Positions 29,916 through 44,919 of a stretch of 64,000 nt of DNA are shown in pieces. Position 1 is the first letter of the stretch; each line of letters starts with the position of its first letter. The position numbers were made by a program, and so were the translations under genes. A model generated the notes under the pieces. That model ran no database searches. It saw only the letters and a list, made by a program, of their open reading frames with translations, and was not told the DNA's origin. Source of the stretch: the human T2T-CHM13v2.0 reference genome, Homo sapiens; NCBI RefSeq assembly GCF_009914755.1, contig NC_060938.1. One strand, 5' to 3'.

Positions 29916-32900
29916 TTAAAAAGAGAGAGAGAAGATCCTTGGTGTAAATGAAGCTCCCAGGCACCACTCTGGGGCACTGAGTCCTTACTTTCTGAGAGCC
30001 CAGTACTACCAACGAATCACTGAGATGACCTGTGGCAGCCCCAACTATTTTTTCTGGAGTTCTTCCATCTGACTACTGACGATACCTGGCTCTGATTAGC
30101 TCATGAGATCACAGGCAGGATTTTAGGCAGCAGGCATTGTTCCCTGGGTAAATACCAGTCAGAGTATGGCCAGTGGGTACAGGCTTGGGTGTGTCAGTGG
30201 ATTTCCTCCATCTCTAAGGCCAAAGAAGAGTTCTAGGCACAGCATGTCAAAAGAAAGCACGCTCCACATGCATTCCTATGGAAAGGTGAACGGGTTGCAT
30301 TTGAAAGCCAATGGAATACGGGTGTTGTACCGGATTTCATCACATAGCTGGAAAGCAAACCGGATGAGACTACACAATGGAGTGAGTGTCCATATCTGGG
30401 CCTTCAGAAAAACACTGCTTTGTTTAAAAAGAGGGGACCCAGTTGCTCCACCAAGGTAGGAAAATATGCTTGTTCTTCAGGAAATGAAAATCATCCATAC
30501 TTTTCATTACTCAAATGAGGTCTTGAAGCATTTTCATACATTTGAAAAATTTAAAAATCATAGAAAAATCTTCCTTTTATTTGAGAACAAAATGTAAGTG
30601 AAAGGAAAAGAATCAGGCTTAAAAAGTCCACATTTATAGTTCTTTTAGCTTAGATATTTCACAAATTCATCATTACAGTTTGTTTTAATAGGGCATGATT
30701 ATGAACAAAAAAGATACGCAGATATAGTTAGAGTCTATCCAGAGTGTATGTTGTATGAACAGGTCTATTTGCAAACAACCGGTGAGTGGAGAAGAATTTG
30801 CTGTCAAAAACCCCTCCCAGATACCGAACCACAAAGCTATGTCAATATCAAATTGCTATTCAATAGCCAGCCCTGGAGGAGCACGGCACCCTGCAGGTGA
30901 TGAGACGCTCATGCTGTGCCTTGCCCTTGCACCAATGGCAGAGCTGGGAGGAAGAAAGGTGACAGTGCTGTGGCCACATGGGTTACGACTCAGGAAAGAC
31001 TGGCAACAAAGAGGAGGTGTTGCTTCTTCATGGTCTCATAAACACTTTCTTTTGCTTTTCCCTTGAGCTTCTTAATTATCTAGATTTCTTTATCCCAATG
31101 AAAACAGTGTGGTTGACTAGAAAGAGACATCTATGTTAGTGTTCAGTTTCTTAGAGCTAACTTTTTTGGGCTTTATTTTCTCTACCTTATAAAATGTGGA
31201 TAAAGCCACCAACCTTATAAAGAGAGGATTTGAAATATCAACTGAGTGTGAGCGTCAGGAAAAATGGAAGGGTTCACAGTGGCGACCAGTGGGATAGGGT
31301 TAGAGGGAGATGTTGGCAAAAATCAACTAATTTTTCTTTATATAGCTCTGTCTTACTTGATTTGTTAAAAAAGTATTATGTTAATAATTTACAAAATTAT
31401 ATTAATATTTTTAAAAATCAAATAAAGGGAAAAACTCACATAAGGCAACTTGCAGAGTGTCTGATATATAGTAGATATTCTGTAAATGGTAGCTATTATC
31501 ATTATTTCAAAGTCTTGATTCTGAAAACAAAAATCTAGGGTTCCTGGCACAGTTGAATGGAAGACAAGTCTATTTTCTGTAAATGATAATAGAGAGACAA
31601 CTTGGCTGCTGCTTTAGATATTATTGAAAGATAACTATAGGAATGGATTCATATGCATAATTTTCTTTTCTGCCCACAGGAATCATAGACTGGAAAGAAA
31701 TAATTTCTGTCCTGAATTGTTGCCAGACAGTGTTTTACACAGTAATGCAGGAAAAATTTGAACTTAACCCAATACATCATCATGAATGTTGACATGCCCT
31801 TGAAGCTGGCTTCTCCCACTATCTGTAAACAGAGCCACACGCTCACTCTCTGTATAACTCAACTTCTCTCTCTCTCAAAAGAGATGATCACAAAATACAG
31901 CCCTTCAATTTACTTTATCAACATAAAGTTGACTCTATGTAATATAAGTTTAAACATTTGTTGATCTTCTATGGAGAACATACTAAGCTTTGTGATATCA
32001 TACACGATCTAATTGGTCTCTATTAGATTATTAAGTTCCCAGGATAAAGTGTGTAGAGCTATATTTATTGGTGTTATCCCAAACTAGAACCAAACCCTGA
32101 GCTAATTTTTTAAAAAATCCCTATCTTTAAAGATTTTCCCATCAGTTACACATTTGCTATCTGTTTGTTGATCCTTAAAATTATAATCAGAGCAAGATAG
32201 AACACTAATTATTTCTTTTTTGGGCTGAACATCTTTAAAGAAGAAATGGAGGTAAAACAGGCTTTTACAGTTTCCTATAGGTTTAGGTTCATATTTGGGG
32301 TGAGAATGATTATGTTCATATGTAACGTAGATAAAAAATGACAGAGTAGAAGGAAAACCTGTGCCCCAGCCACACATCAGAGGCAAATCCTATAGACCTC
32401 AAGGGAAGGAAAACATAACCCTTTAGCCAAATAATAACTTTGAAGTAGATTTCAAAGTGGAGAGGAAAACTGGGAAACAATTCATACAAGATTTTGCTTC
32501 TGGGGAGAAATTCACATTTTCCAGGCTAGCAGAGAGCATGCCAGCCAAACATCACTTGCCTTAGCACAACTGATAGGGGACTTCTAGTTCTTATAAATAT
32601 ACAGATAAAAACCAATGCACCCAGTTTGGGGAGGTCCTGTAAGGACAGCAAGCTACAAAGTCACATTGGCAAGACTGGGTATGCAAACCATCTCCAATAG
32701 GGAAATCCTTGGGCAAGCTTAGTCCCAAGCCAAAGAGACAACAGATCAGAACAACTCTTTGCCTGGGTTTAGTTTGAAGGATGGGGGGAAATTTGGGTCT
32801 ATCCCAATTTTATCCACACATGTTTTTACACCCAGTGAACCAAACCAGAGCATGACAAAGCTATGATTACTTTGCTCCCCACAGAAGGTCAAGCATATTT

Positions 32901-35391
32901 AAATTACAGACTGGTTTTCTTTATTCACTGTGAAGTTTAAGACACTGGCCAAGACACTGGTATTAGAGTTGGAGGAAGGGTGGCAAGGATTATAGTCTTT
33001 GACTAATATGGTGATAATTTAAGAAGTGTAGGCAAGACAAGCACACCTATTAAAATATTTTATACATAAGTTGGAAGTATATGAGGGCAGTATCAGGAAC
33101 TAAATTCACCACATTTTAAATTCACATTTTTTAAAAACAGTTTATGGCTAAACTGGGCAGGAGGCATATTTTGTGGGTAACATACTTCTGACTGGGTACA
33201 GGATCAGAGAGGAGAGCCCGGGGCAGCTGGAGCGTGCACAGTACCTGTCGTTCTTGATGGGAACTCCACTTGCAGCTCCAGGACTCCAGTTCCTATTATT
33301 CGGCTGCCATGAACCTAACAGAAGGAACTTCAGCTCTGTGCCGTGCTGCACTTGGATTCCGGCTACAGGGGCCCTTGATCTGGACCCTGTGCTTCAGAGG
33401 GCACCATTCTGGCCCTCTGCCAGCCAGGCCCACCCCACATGGCCAAAGGGACATCCACCTACATCCCACACCTTCTTCTAGACCATGCTCTCTGCACCTG
33501 GAACTGTAGCAGTTCCTTTGTTCCATCGCTGTCTCTCCCCTTACCCAGAAGACTTTCAGTATTATATTAAGTGTCATATTGGCTACTGTTGTCCTCGACT
33601 GTCCTCTGCTGCAGTGCCCCTCTCAGCTGCAGCAACTTCTTGCTGGAAGTTGTTAGGAAATTTCATGTCTAAAAGACCCCACGGACTCACCACCTTAGGC
33701 TGAAGAAATAGGAAAACCCAAAATATGCTGTGTAGGACACCATGGTGGTTTATGTCCAAGACATTAGGGTAGACAGGTTGAACAGCAGACATGCTGCCTG
33801 AGAAATTCTCCCAACTGGCAGGACAAGAGCTACCTATCTGTAAAATAAGCATCTATGGGGTACCTGCTCTGCTTTTCTTAAAGGTGTTGTCAAGCCAGTT
33901 GGCCATTCTGCATGTAGCCCATCCATTTGGTGTTCCACCACAACTAGGAGCTGACTGAAAAGGCTGAAAATGAGCTTAGTTCATAACCTTCCATGTGAAG
34001 TGATTAAGAAGGCTTAATCGAGAATTCATGTTAACTTTATACAGCTATTCCAGAGGAAGAAATCTCTTGATTGTGGTAGAATTCTTCCCAAAGTGGCCTC
34101 AAATGTTCTGTTTCATCTCTAACTTCTGCTGCTAAGTGCTAGTTATTTACAGTAAACAGATATCCAGCTACTGCTATTTATGATAATGGGCCCTTATCTG
34201 AGTTTAAAGACCTTATCAACAGGCACTGTAAGCAGGCTGCCAGTCCGTAAGCCTTGATAAGGAATTCAGGCTGAATGGATGGCAGTGGCATCTGATAATG
34301 ACCTAAGGCACACTGAGGGAGAAGACCCTTGCTCAGTGAGCTGTGTTGGTGCCCACAACTGGAGTCAGCTGTGACTGCTCAATATTAATTGGAGCAATAT
34401 CTCAAAATAAATCTGTCTCTACTTAAACTTACGCATTTGTAAGATTACCTTGCATCTAGAAATAGTTATCATTGGTTGAATGCCTACCATTTGCCAGGCT
34501 CCATGTTAAGACCTTTGCATATATTAACACATTAAAATTCTCATAACAATCATGTTGTAATAATAATGACTAACATTTACTGAACCATCACTGCATGCCA
34601 GGCCATACTGACAGCTTTATATAGTCTCACTTAACCCTCATTTGACTGTTTGACATGGCTATTACTATTATTTTTTCCTAACAAATGAGGAAACTGGGCT
34701 AGGGTCAGGGTAGGAAATGTGAGGCTGTCACATAGTCAATAACTAAGATCTCCCTCCAGGGCTTGTGCTTCCAACCACTACACAGATGCCTTGCTGTAAG
34801 GAGATGGACTGATCACTACCATTTTACCAATGAGGGAACTGCAGGTACGCTATTCAAGGCCACACTGTTGGATAATGGTAAAAAGTGTAATGAGAACTTC
34901 AGTGTGTCTCTCCCCACAAGATTGTTCTTCCTGTTCTACACAGCTCTGATTGTATATGCTCTTCAGTAATTGGCAAACAAAGTTTAAACTCTGTTAGAAA
35001 TTACAGAGTAGGAAAAAATATGGGTTCTGCTCCTATAAATGAAATCATGGCACCTGAATTATGCAAGGTTGAGCTCCAAGATGGGCCAGCAAGTCATTCC
35101 CACCTGATCAGTTGAGAAGGTCTTCCCTGAAGGCAGGGCTTGATCTTGGCAGAGCCATTAGAAGCATTTCCTTTGGATAACATACTTTTCTTTAAACTGT
35201 TCTATATTTTCTAAATTTTCTACGATGAGCATACATTACTTTTGAAAGTAAATGTTCACAGACAAAACATGAATGCATTCTCATGTTAAAACATTCAACA
35301 TCACAAAGCCCTTCTCTTAAACTCTCACCTTCTCCTCCTCTATTCCAGTCTCCTCTCCAGAGGTATGAATTTCAGTATGAATTCCTATAGA

Positions 35392-36080
35392 CCTGAACTA
35401 CCCTATATGAAAGTTACTACCCACATGTTGGAAGTTACTACCCACGTGGCCATTGAGCACCTGAAATGTCCTAGTTGAGATGTGCTGTTAACACAAAATA
35501 TACACCAGATTTTTAAATTTAGTATAAAAGAAGAATGCAAATATCTCATATAATTTTTATATCAATTACACATTGAAATGAGAAATTATAGAGACAGTAA
35601 AAAGATCAGTGGTTGCCAGGGATTAAGTGGGGAGGGGAGGGATGAATAGGCAGAACACAGAGGATTTTCAGGGCAGTGAAATTACTCTGTATGATACTAT
35701 AATGGTGAATATATGTCATTATACATTTGTTCAAACTCATAGAAGGTACAGCACCAAGAGTGAGCCCTAATGTAAACTATGGACTTGGGTGATAATGACA
35801 TGTTAATGTAGGTTCATCAGTTAAAACAAATGGACTGCTCTGATGGGGGATGTTGATCATGGGGAAGATGATGCATGTGTCGGGGCATGGGGTTCATAGG
35901 AAGTCTCTACCTCTTGCTCAGTTTTGCTGTGCACCTAAAATTGCTCTAAAAATAGTCAAGAAAAATGAATATACTGGGTTAAATAAAATATATTATTAAA
36001 TTAATTTCACCTGTTTCTTTTTATTTTTTAAATGTAGCTACTAAAAATGTGGCTCACATATTTCTATTAGATAGCACTGC
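35392..36080. mobile_element. MER33 DNA transposon split by an L1MC 3' fragment
   Basis: Left piece …tgagatgtgctg…gaaatga; right piece tgggttaaataaaatatattattaaattaatttcacctgtttc…tttctattagatagcactg. Confidence 0.8.
35582..35962 (+). mobile_element. L1MC-type 3' end
   Basis: gagacagtaaaaagatcagtggttgccaggg…ccctaatgtaaactatggact…cctaaaattgctctaaaaata. Confidence 0.85.
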
Positions 36081-38542
36081 TCTAGAGTCTAGATCATTTT
36101 TAGTGCACTTATACACACATATTTAAGAAATACATATATATTTTGGTGCTTTATAACATAAATATGCATTACTTTTATGCTTGGATTAATTTTTTTAAGT
36201 CAAATCTTTAAAGGCAGTGGACATTAAATTAATTCTTTTCTTCTTCCACTTCTCTTCCTCCTCTTCTTCCTCTTCCTCTACATCTCCCTTTTATACTTAA
36301 CAACCCACAAAGCCTTAGAGTGAAGAAAGCAAGAAGTATTCCTGGCCATACACATGCCGAGGTGAGCATACCTAATATTTGAGTTAAATCAACACAGGCA
36401 CAGGTTAACTAAAGGTTATCTATCCCCTTGTTGGATAAAAGAAGGAGCTAGTCAATGAAGAAGGCTTCGGCATTATTGAGTCCTAGATAAAAGACCTATA
36501 AGATACTAGCAAAAATGACCAGCAATATCCGAATGTTCTATTCTTATCACGTCATCTCTTTTTCTCAGACATTTTCTACAATAGTCACAATCCCATTACT
36601 GTCTGTTGAGTAAAAGCACCTAAGGCTTCAATTTGATGAACATTGCCCATAATGTGCCACATCAAAACACCACCTCATTTCAGCTACTGAATTCTGCTAG
36701 TTGCTGTAAATAAATGCTGATGCATGTTACCTATGTAATCACTACTTTGCTAAATTCTAAATAAAGTCACTTTTAAAATATTTTATAATGCATCTAATTG
36801 ATTTTATTCTAAGTAAATACCTGATAATGTCCAGTTCAGTGGATAATGCAAAAGAAATGACCCCGAACAAGCTCCCACTATCCCCTGGCCCCTGCTTTAA
36901 AAAATGGCTAAATATACATAATTTACACCGACTGCATTTGTGTAAGTGATGAACTGGAAGCATGTACACATGCAGCACATTCTTTTGTTGGGCAGGAAGG
37001 GTGTTTATTGCATTCTTGCAAGTCATTAGCACATACAAAACATTAGCAGCTCTTACTTGGCCTCAGTGCAGAGCCTCCTTGAGGGCAATGGAGAGAAAAA
37101 GAACATTAGCATGAGCCGAGGTGCCCTGATAACTCATGACTTTCATTCCTGCAAGTGCCCCTTGATGCTCTGTCCCATTTGAGTCCTTGTGGTTACATGC
37201 TGCCTAGATAAAGAATTGCAGCTCAAGTCCTGTTTATTCCTTTGCCTACTCACTGCTGCTTCAAGACAAGCTTCCCAAGGGGTAAGATGGAACACCGGAC
37301 AGGGATCTCTGCAATTTTCTTCTAACTGGTAATTCTCCCAGTCCTACAAACCAAGTTTTCCTTAAGCAGATTCCATGGGAACTGTTTTAAATGCTCCATA
37401 TTAATAAGCCATTTGAAAAATGTTTCTTTTCCCCTCCCCCTGTTCCGCACCATCTTTTTCGTTTATTCAAGAAAGAGTAAAGAGAAACGAAAACTAGAAT
37501 ACAGAGATTTTCAACTTTTTATAAGATGCTATATATTACTGTATTTAAGACAATCTTTTGAAATGTAAAAAAAATTCCCCCTGAATTAGGACTGACTTCA
37601 TCTGAGTAGATACCATCTACTGTAACAGCCCAACCCTGTCCCCTCAGGTCTTGGCAGCTAAAGGTGAGTAGGGCCCCCCTCCTTCCCCATACCCCTGCCT
37701 GAGAAACTGCCAGGAAGCTCTCAGGCAGCATCAGCAGGCAGGAAGTGGGGTGGGAGTGAGGGGGTCTCCACCCATTAGCAGCTGCTTATGCAGTAGGCAG
37801 GGAAACTTTCCTACAGAAAGATCAGGTCAGCAGATACTCCAAACCAATTTCTACCACATGCTACCTAGTTGTGGAATTAAATTAAAAAGCTAAGAAGGGA
37901 CCTGGAATGCCAATCCCCTTGTTTTCCTCCTACCTTGTGCCTGGCACCCAAAAGAATAAAACAAGAACAGCTGGATTTGGCAGTTGAAAGGGAATTCTTA
38001 GGTAACTGGAAGGAAGTGAAGGCAGCACACACCAAGGAATGCTGTCTGCACAATACGTCATGTACCAATGATGAAATGTCAAGACCCGTCATTGTCCAAG
38101 TGCTCATTCAGATTCAACCAAAAGACAAATTTGACAGATTATCAGAATCTTCCAGGATGGGTGGTGGGTGTAGTGGGGAAAGGAGTGAGGTCATTTTTTA
38201 AAAAAATGACTCAGTTTTTTTTTTAAAGCAAAATAATGCTATCACCTCAGTGGTTTAGCTATAGTCCATTCTAGAGCAATTGAAAAGAAGTTTTGCCAGC
38301 AGCTGGGAGAATATTTCCAAATAAGTCACTTCAGATTATATTAGAGCTCTAAAATAAAAAATGAATAAACAATAAACAAGTGTTTGTCCATTAGATCTCA
38401 GTGCATTTTTGTTAACACTTTACTTGCAGGAGATACTTGATTTTTTCTTACGCTATTTCCTTAACAGTGATTTGCTATTCCTTTAATAAGTGGATAAAAG
38501 TTGTGCCCATTGTTTCACATGCACATTAAAAATAAGTTTTTA

Positions 38543-38888
<346 letters not shown>

Positions 38889-38917
38889 CTAACAATAGAA
38901 AAACATTAAATGGTTAC

Positions 38918-39025
38918 CTCTGCAAATGTGTTCCGATTTGCTTGCAAGCCAACTTTTACTACCTCAAAAGGGTTAACTACAATGGCTTCTGTTAGTCCAG
39001 ATCCCAATCCAGCAATGGCGAATGT
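38918..39025 (-). CDS. SLC25A21: SLC25A21 coding exon (probably exon 6), 108 nt: TFAIAGLGSGLTEAIVVNPFEVVKVGLQANRNTFAE
   Basis: Acceptor ttttttctag|ACATTC and donor GCAGAG|gtaacc. Contains the Px[D/E]xx[K/R] carrier motif (PFEVVK). Confidence 0.97.
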
Positions 39026-39648
39026 CTAGAAAAATTAAATCAATCAATACTTTAAAACAAGTTATCATGTGTATGGGGTTAAACATCCTATTCATTACAC
39101 TATGCAGCTGAACGTTATAAAGAGAATGGAGAAACCTACATAAACGCACCATATTCCATTACTAAACAGCTTTAGTTCTTGATTAGATGCTGACAATTCA
39201 TGAAGAAGAAATTACAGAAGCCACAAACCACATCCTAACAATTTCAAAATAAAATGTCAAAGCCCCATCAACAACGACTCTTTCCTTTAACAAAAAGCAA
39301 GGTTGTTTTACTGATTTAAAGGTGGATATTAAAACATCTGCACAGATAACAATTAAGAGAATTTGAATTGTAAAAAGAGAGCTTCATTTTTAAACATCTA
39401 CTTAAATTCCTTTATTGAGCATATAAGAAATCCAAGGAGCACAACCACAAATAAAATGTTTCTAAAAAGCTAAATTTCAGGTAACAACATAGCTGGAAAC
39501 ATTTAACTCTATGTTCATGTTTTTAGAGTCACTATTCTGGACTATTAACAAACAAAAATTATTTTTTATTCATCTTTTCCCTATTTTAAAAAACACCGGC
39601 AATTGACGCAGTCTTCTAAACCTAAAAGCTGAGATCAGAAATGGCTAG

Positions 39649-39841
39649 ATGTGCACCCACAGTCCCAGCTGCTCGGCAGCTGAAGTGGGAGGATCACTTG
39701 AGCCTAAGAGTTCAAGGCTGCAGTGAGCTATGATTGAACAACTGTACTGCAGCCTGAGCAACAGAGTGAGACCCTGTCTCAAATAAAATAAAAAAAAAAA
39801 GAAGAAGAAGAAGAAAAAGAAGAAAAGAAAGACAAAGACAA
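39649..39841 (+). mobile_element. FRAM/Alu right monomer
   Basis: TSD agaaatg(g/a)ctag at 39637-39648 and 39842-39853. GAA-rich tail. Confidence 0.88.
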
Positions 39842-40753
39842 AGAAATGACTAGGTTATTCTGAAAGGCTCAAATAAAATGTAGAAAACTTATCAAAAGGT
39901 GACTGTATGTCAAGTTCTTATTCGCTATCTGTTAAGAATTTCTGCAACAGGAAAGGACAATTTTCTAGAATTTTCCTCTAGGTAGAATGCTTGTGTGTTT
40001 TCCAGAAAATCTGCATCAAAAATAAGCACAACAATTAAAACATGCACACACAAGACAGAAGAACAAAATGAAATAAAGCCCCAGTCTCCAAAACAGATGC
40101 TGGAAAAAAGGTAATTATTTAGTGCTGAACCTCCAATTCCAGGACAAGAGGCAGTACTATAGACAACCAAGAGAAGAATAAAACCAGTGAAGAGTAAATA
40201 ACAGGTAACTCTTGTTAATGGGCTCTAATATCTTCTAAATAGGAGAGGACGGAGGGAGAAAGGAATATCTTCTAAAAGAGAGGAAGGAGGGAGAAAGGAA
40301 TGTTGTGTAACCTTAGAAAGGGAGGCACAAAGGCAGGATCCAGAGACAGGAGGTCTAGGTTTAGGTCCAATTCTAGCACTTACTGGCTGTGTGACTAGAA
40401 CTGTAACACACAGTAGCTTGTGCATAGACAAAGGTGCCCAACCAAGGGTGCTTGGAGGCTGGAATCCAGCTTGCCCCTCACTTGCTAAGAGAAGCCCTGG
40501 AGAGGCATCGGTCAGGAGAAGGGGCAACTTTTCATTATTTACCCAAAGGTGCCATGGGTGCTAGTTGTGGCTCTGTTGTATACATTGCTGAATCTCTGAT
40601 GAGCCACAGTTTTCTCATCTGTAAAATGGAAATAATAATATCTAATTTCCCTGCTTATAAAGTTATTTTAAGGCTCAAAATAATGTGTGAAACCATTTCA
40701 TAGAGTGCTATGCAAACACCATTGTTCTTGTTGCGCATAAAAAAGGAAGAATG

Positions 40754-41079
40754 GGCCAGGTGCAATGGCTCACGCCTGTAATCCCAGCACTTTGGGAGGC
40801 CAAGTTGGGTGGATGACCTGAGGTCAGAAGTTCAAGACCAGCCTGGCCAACATGGTGAAACCCCATCTCTACTAAAAATACAAAAATTAGTTGGGCTTGG
40901 TGGTGCATGCCTGTAATCCCAGCTTCTGGGGAGGCTGAGGCAGGAGAATCACTGGAACCCAGGAGGCGGAGGTTGCAGCGAGCTGAGATCATGCCACTGC
41001 ACTCCAGCCTGGGCGACAGATTGAGACTCTGTCTCAAAAAAAAAAGAAAAAGAAAATGAAAAAGAAAGAAAGAAAGAAA
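40754..41079 (+). mobile_element. AluS (Sx-like)
   Basis: Full dimer with an A/GAAA tail. Confidence 0.95.
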
Positions 41080-42855
41080 TTGCATACAGATTCTAGGAGA
41101 GAGAGACTCACTGATGATGTTTCCATTTCATCTCCCTTCATTATAATTTTAAACATATTTGTATAGGGTAACTCATCAAATATTTTATTCATTTATCTCA
41201 GACTTCCATGATAGAAGCCAAAAGTGGAAAAAAAAATACTAGTCCCAAACTCTTTTGACTGGGAAAGCTAAAATCCAGATGTCCAGGTTTTTATTACTTA
41301 CTCTATGCAATCTTCCAAGTAATTCACTTTTTTGTTCTTCTATAAAACTCAGCTACATTTGCTGTCAGAACTAGTGTTCAGCAGTCCCTTGTCAAAAGAA
41401 TTGATCAGATATCAGCAGATCATGTTACGTAGGTTGTTCCAGAAACCTACATTTACTGTTCGGTTTCCAGTCTCCTAGGCTTTTCATGTGAGAGCACCAG
41501 GGGACATTTAACAGCTGTTTAAATGTCTAGCCATATAAAAAAAAGTAACTGAAATAAATGAGTTCAAGAAAAGAGAAGAACCGTACACAGTTGGCATGCA
41601 TTTGGTTATAGTAGCTGCAGTGACCAAATGCTTTTCTGTTTCAATTCTCAAGAGTCCAAAGACCTACAGTTTCTCACATGGTACCAATGTTTGACACAAG
41701 AACAGCCAGCTGGCCCTCTGGAGACAATATTTTATTGTTTCTCACTAGGAAATTTTTAATCCTCTTTTTTGCCAAGCTGTTTCCAAACTTAAGAATGACA
41801 TTAAGGGAAGATGCCAAAGAATTAAAAGGAAAAAATCCCAGCTAGTTTCGAGATTCATGGTATCACTGCTCCTCTCTAGGAAGCCATGTCTCCCAGCTAT
41901 CTTGTATAGGCAAGGGCTGGACAAGACATTGCTTTGTTATAACAAAAAGTGATGCTATTAGGTTTCCTAACAGGATTTTTCCTAGAAAAGGGGCATGTAT
42001 GATTTTTTAAAAATAACAGATACTTCTTCTTGGACAGCCTATTTGGCAGAATACATATCTCAAATATTGTCCATTTCATTGGACAAATGAGGGCATTTTC
42101 CTAGAGGCTGGAGTACATTGCCAATTGGAGGGCCAATGCAGATTTTGTTTTGCTTTGCTTTGCAGACTTGGAAGGAGAAATTAGTGCATTTGCTCTCTCA
42201 GGGGCTCTTGTTGCACACACATTTGTAGAACCCATTTGGTCAATACAATTAACTTCTGTGAAAAGCAGCAAAGTCACCAAAAAGGAGGGGAATGGCATAG
42301 GGAAATGTTCAAATCACCAAGTGAATTTTGTGTGATACATGAGATATGTCATTGTAATATCACAATTCTCCTTAGCTGAGTTGTTTACAGTCATTCCTAT
42401 AAAAGGCCCTTCAGTCTGCATCTGACCACAGAGTGACTTTATCCCAAGGGATCGATCTGAAGTCTTATATTTACTACAGCTGGTGCAAAAGCTGGAAAAG
42501 TGACCTGTTTGGCATGTTGACTTTTGGATAGATATATGCAGTATGTATGTAAATACATGCATGTCTTGGTTTAAAAGGAGTCTTTGATAAATGTACTCTT
42601 TATTTCATATTCTTGACCATATCTCATATGGGGCCTTTCCAGACATATCATTATTATCATAAATTCATCACTGGGAGCTATAAAATAGCCAAATTGTGAG
42701 TTATTAGGAAGATGGCTTTCAACAAGTAGCTGAACACTGAATAACTCGAATTCATATTTTAGTAGCTGGGCTTGGAAATCAAAAGAGTTTTTGTTTCTAG
42801 ATTTTGCTTTATGAAATAACACACACATTTAAGTATAATAAATACTCTCACTTAC

Positions 42856-42915
42856 CAATGCTGGTGACAGTGACACATATCCCAGCAATTTCTTGTACTG
42901 CTCAAAGGTGAAAAA
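42856..42915 (-). CDS. SLC25A21: SLC25A21 coding exon (probably exon 5), 60 nt: FFTFEQYKKLLGYVSLSPAL
   Basis: Acceptor ttttgtttcacag|TTTTTC and donor GCATTG|gtaagt. In frame with the neighbouring exons. Confidence 0.97.
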
Positions 42916-44292
42916 CTGTGAAACAAAACCAAACTCACAGATTTATAACAATTTTCCTGCAACAAACTCTTTAATTGACTCAAATTTCTTTGGTAAATCA
43001 TTATGTTAACCAGCATTTCAAAAAATGATAAACTATCTAATACAGTTTTTAATCCTGTCTCGGGCAGTTGCTATTGGATCTTTCTTTAACATTCACAGTT
43101 TCAAATGCAGTTATAATAACCTACAGAAGAGCTGATGAAATCCTTTAGAGCAGTAAATGAACCATACAACTTCCATTTACCATGACCATTTTCAGTTTCC
43201 CCAGACATCAATATATGGCAGTGATTCAACATTATAGGCCTAGAGACCTGACATCTTTGGTCTCCTATGTTTTCTCTATGAACTGCTTTCCCAGTGAAAG
43301 CCCACTTTTCTAACACATTTGTAAAAGACATCCACTTTTCAGCCTTAACTTGCATTTCTATTGTGGTGTCTCCCCACTGCTCCATGGAATTGAAAACACT
43401 AAATAATTATGAAGATGCCATGATAAACTAGGGAAGGACCCAATGAGGTTATCTAGTCCATCCCCTGCCATAAAGCAAGACTGTCCTCAACCTGAATGAA
43501 GAAAGCTGCTAATTCCTTCCTTCAAAACTGATGGTGATGAAGATCGTGAAGGTATTGTTGGTTTCTTCAGTAGACAATGTTTAGTATCATTTTCTCTGCA
43601 AACAAATTTCAATGGAGGCGAATCTAATCAATTGCTTCATATAATACATTTCCCCCCTTTTTTCTTCCTCTATTCTACTTTTTGAGCAACAACTGTGCTT
43701 GAACATGTTTTGCTCCTGGGTAGCATGTTCAGGTAGCTGTCAACACCACTGATAAGGCACGTTTTTAAGTTCTGCTAGAGTCTGATTCTCGAGACCCCAA
43801 AAATGTTATAGGTATTATATGGTCCCCAATATTTTCTACTCTATTATTTTATAGCCCAGTAAAATGGGGCAAGAAAGCAAAACCAGATTTCAGAGCCAAA
43901 AATACTCTGTTGTTAGGAAGAAGTAGCTCCTTATAGATGGCTTCAGTGAGTGTTTGGGCAGCCCAAGAATCGTTTTACTATCTGGTAAATTTTGATTCTT
44001 TTCAACACTCAGGAACTACTTTTGTGCCATGGTCTTTCAAATGCACTATGAATGTAGAGTTTTCTAAAACAGGGATTCATTCATTCACTCATTTAATAAT
44101 ACTATTAGAGACCTCCTATTCTAGGTACTGGGGATGCAACAGTAAACAAAGAGAAACCTCTGCCTACTTGAGCTAACATTCTAGTGGCTAGTGAAAGCCC
44201 TGAAACTACCCTGGTGTTAAAATAGTACTCAACGGCAAACACCAGGGACCACCACTTTTCTGATGAAACCATTAACCACTAGAAACCATTAA

Positions 44293-44598
<306 letters not shown>

Positions 44599-44919
44599 AA
44601 TCTTAGCTTTTAAAAGTAATTTATTTTTCTTCATTTTTATGATTATCATCATCATCACTTTGACAGTCACCTTGCTGGCATTTTGAAATGAGCAGTCCTA
44701 GAGCTGAATCCAGGTTATGCTGCTTAGCTGTGAAAGCACAGGAAAGCTGCTTAACCTTTCTAACTCTCAGGAACACAAAACTTACCTTTTAGATTATCAT
44801 TAAATAAGATAATTTAAGTAAGATTCCCTGACAGGACTGGCACAAGTAAGACTTTTGAAAAATCTTAGTTTTTATTCCCTGTAACTTAGGTTACCAAAGG
44901 AATCATAGAGGCCTTAAGT

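Noticed and set aside
36958-36977. p53/p63 response element (two CATG cores)
   Set aside because: The cores are 4 nt apart rather than the canonical 6.
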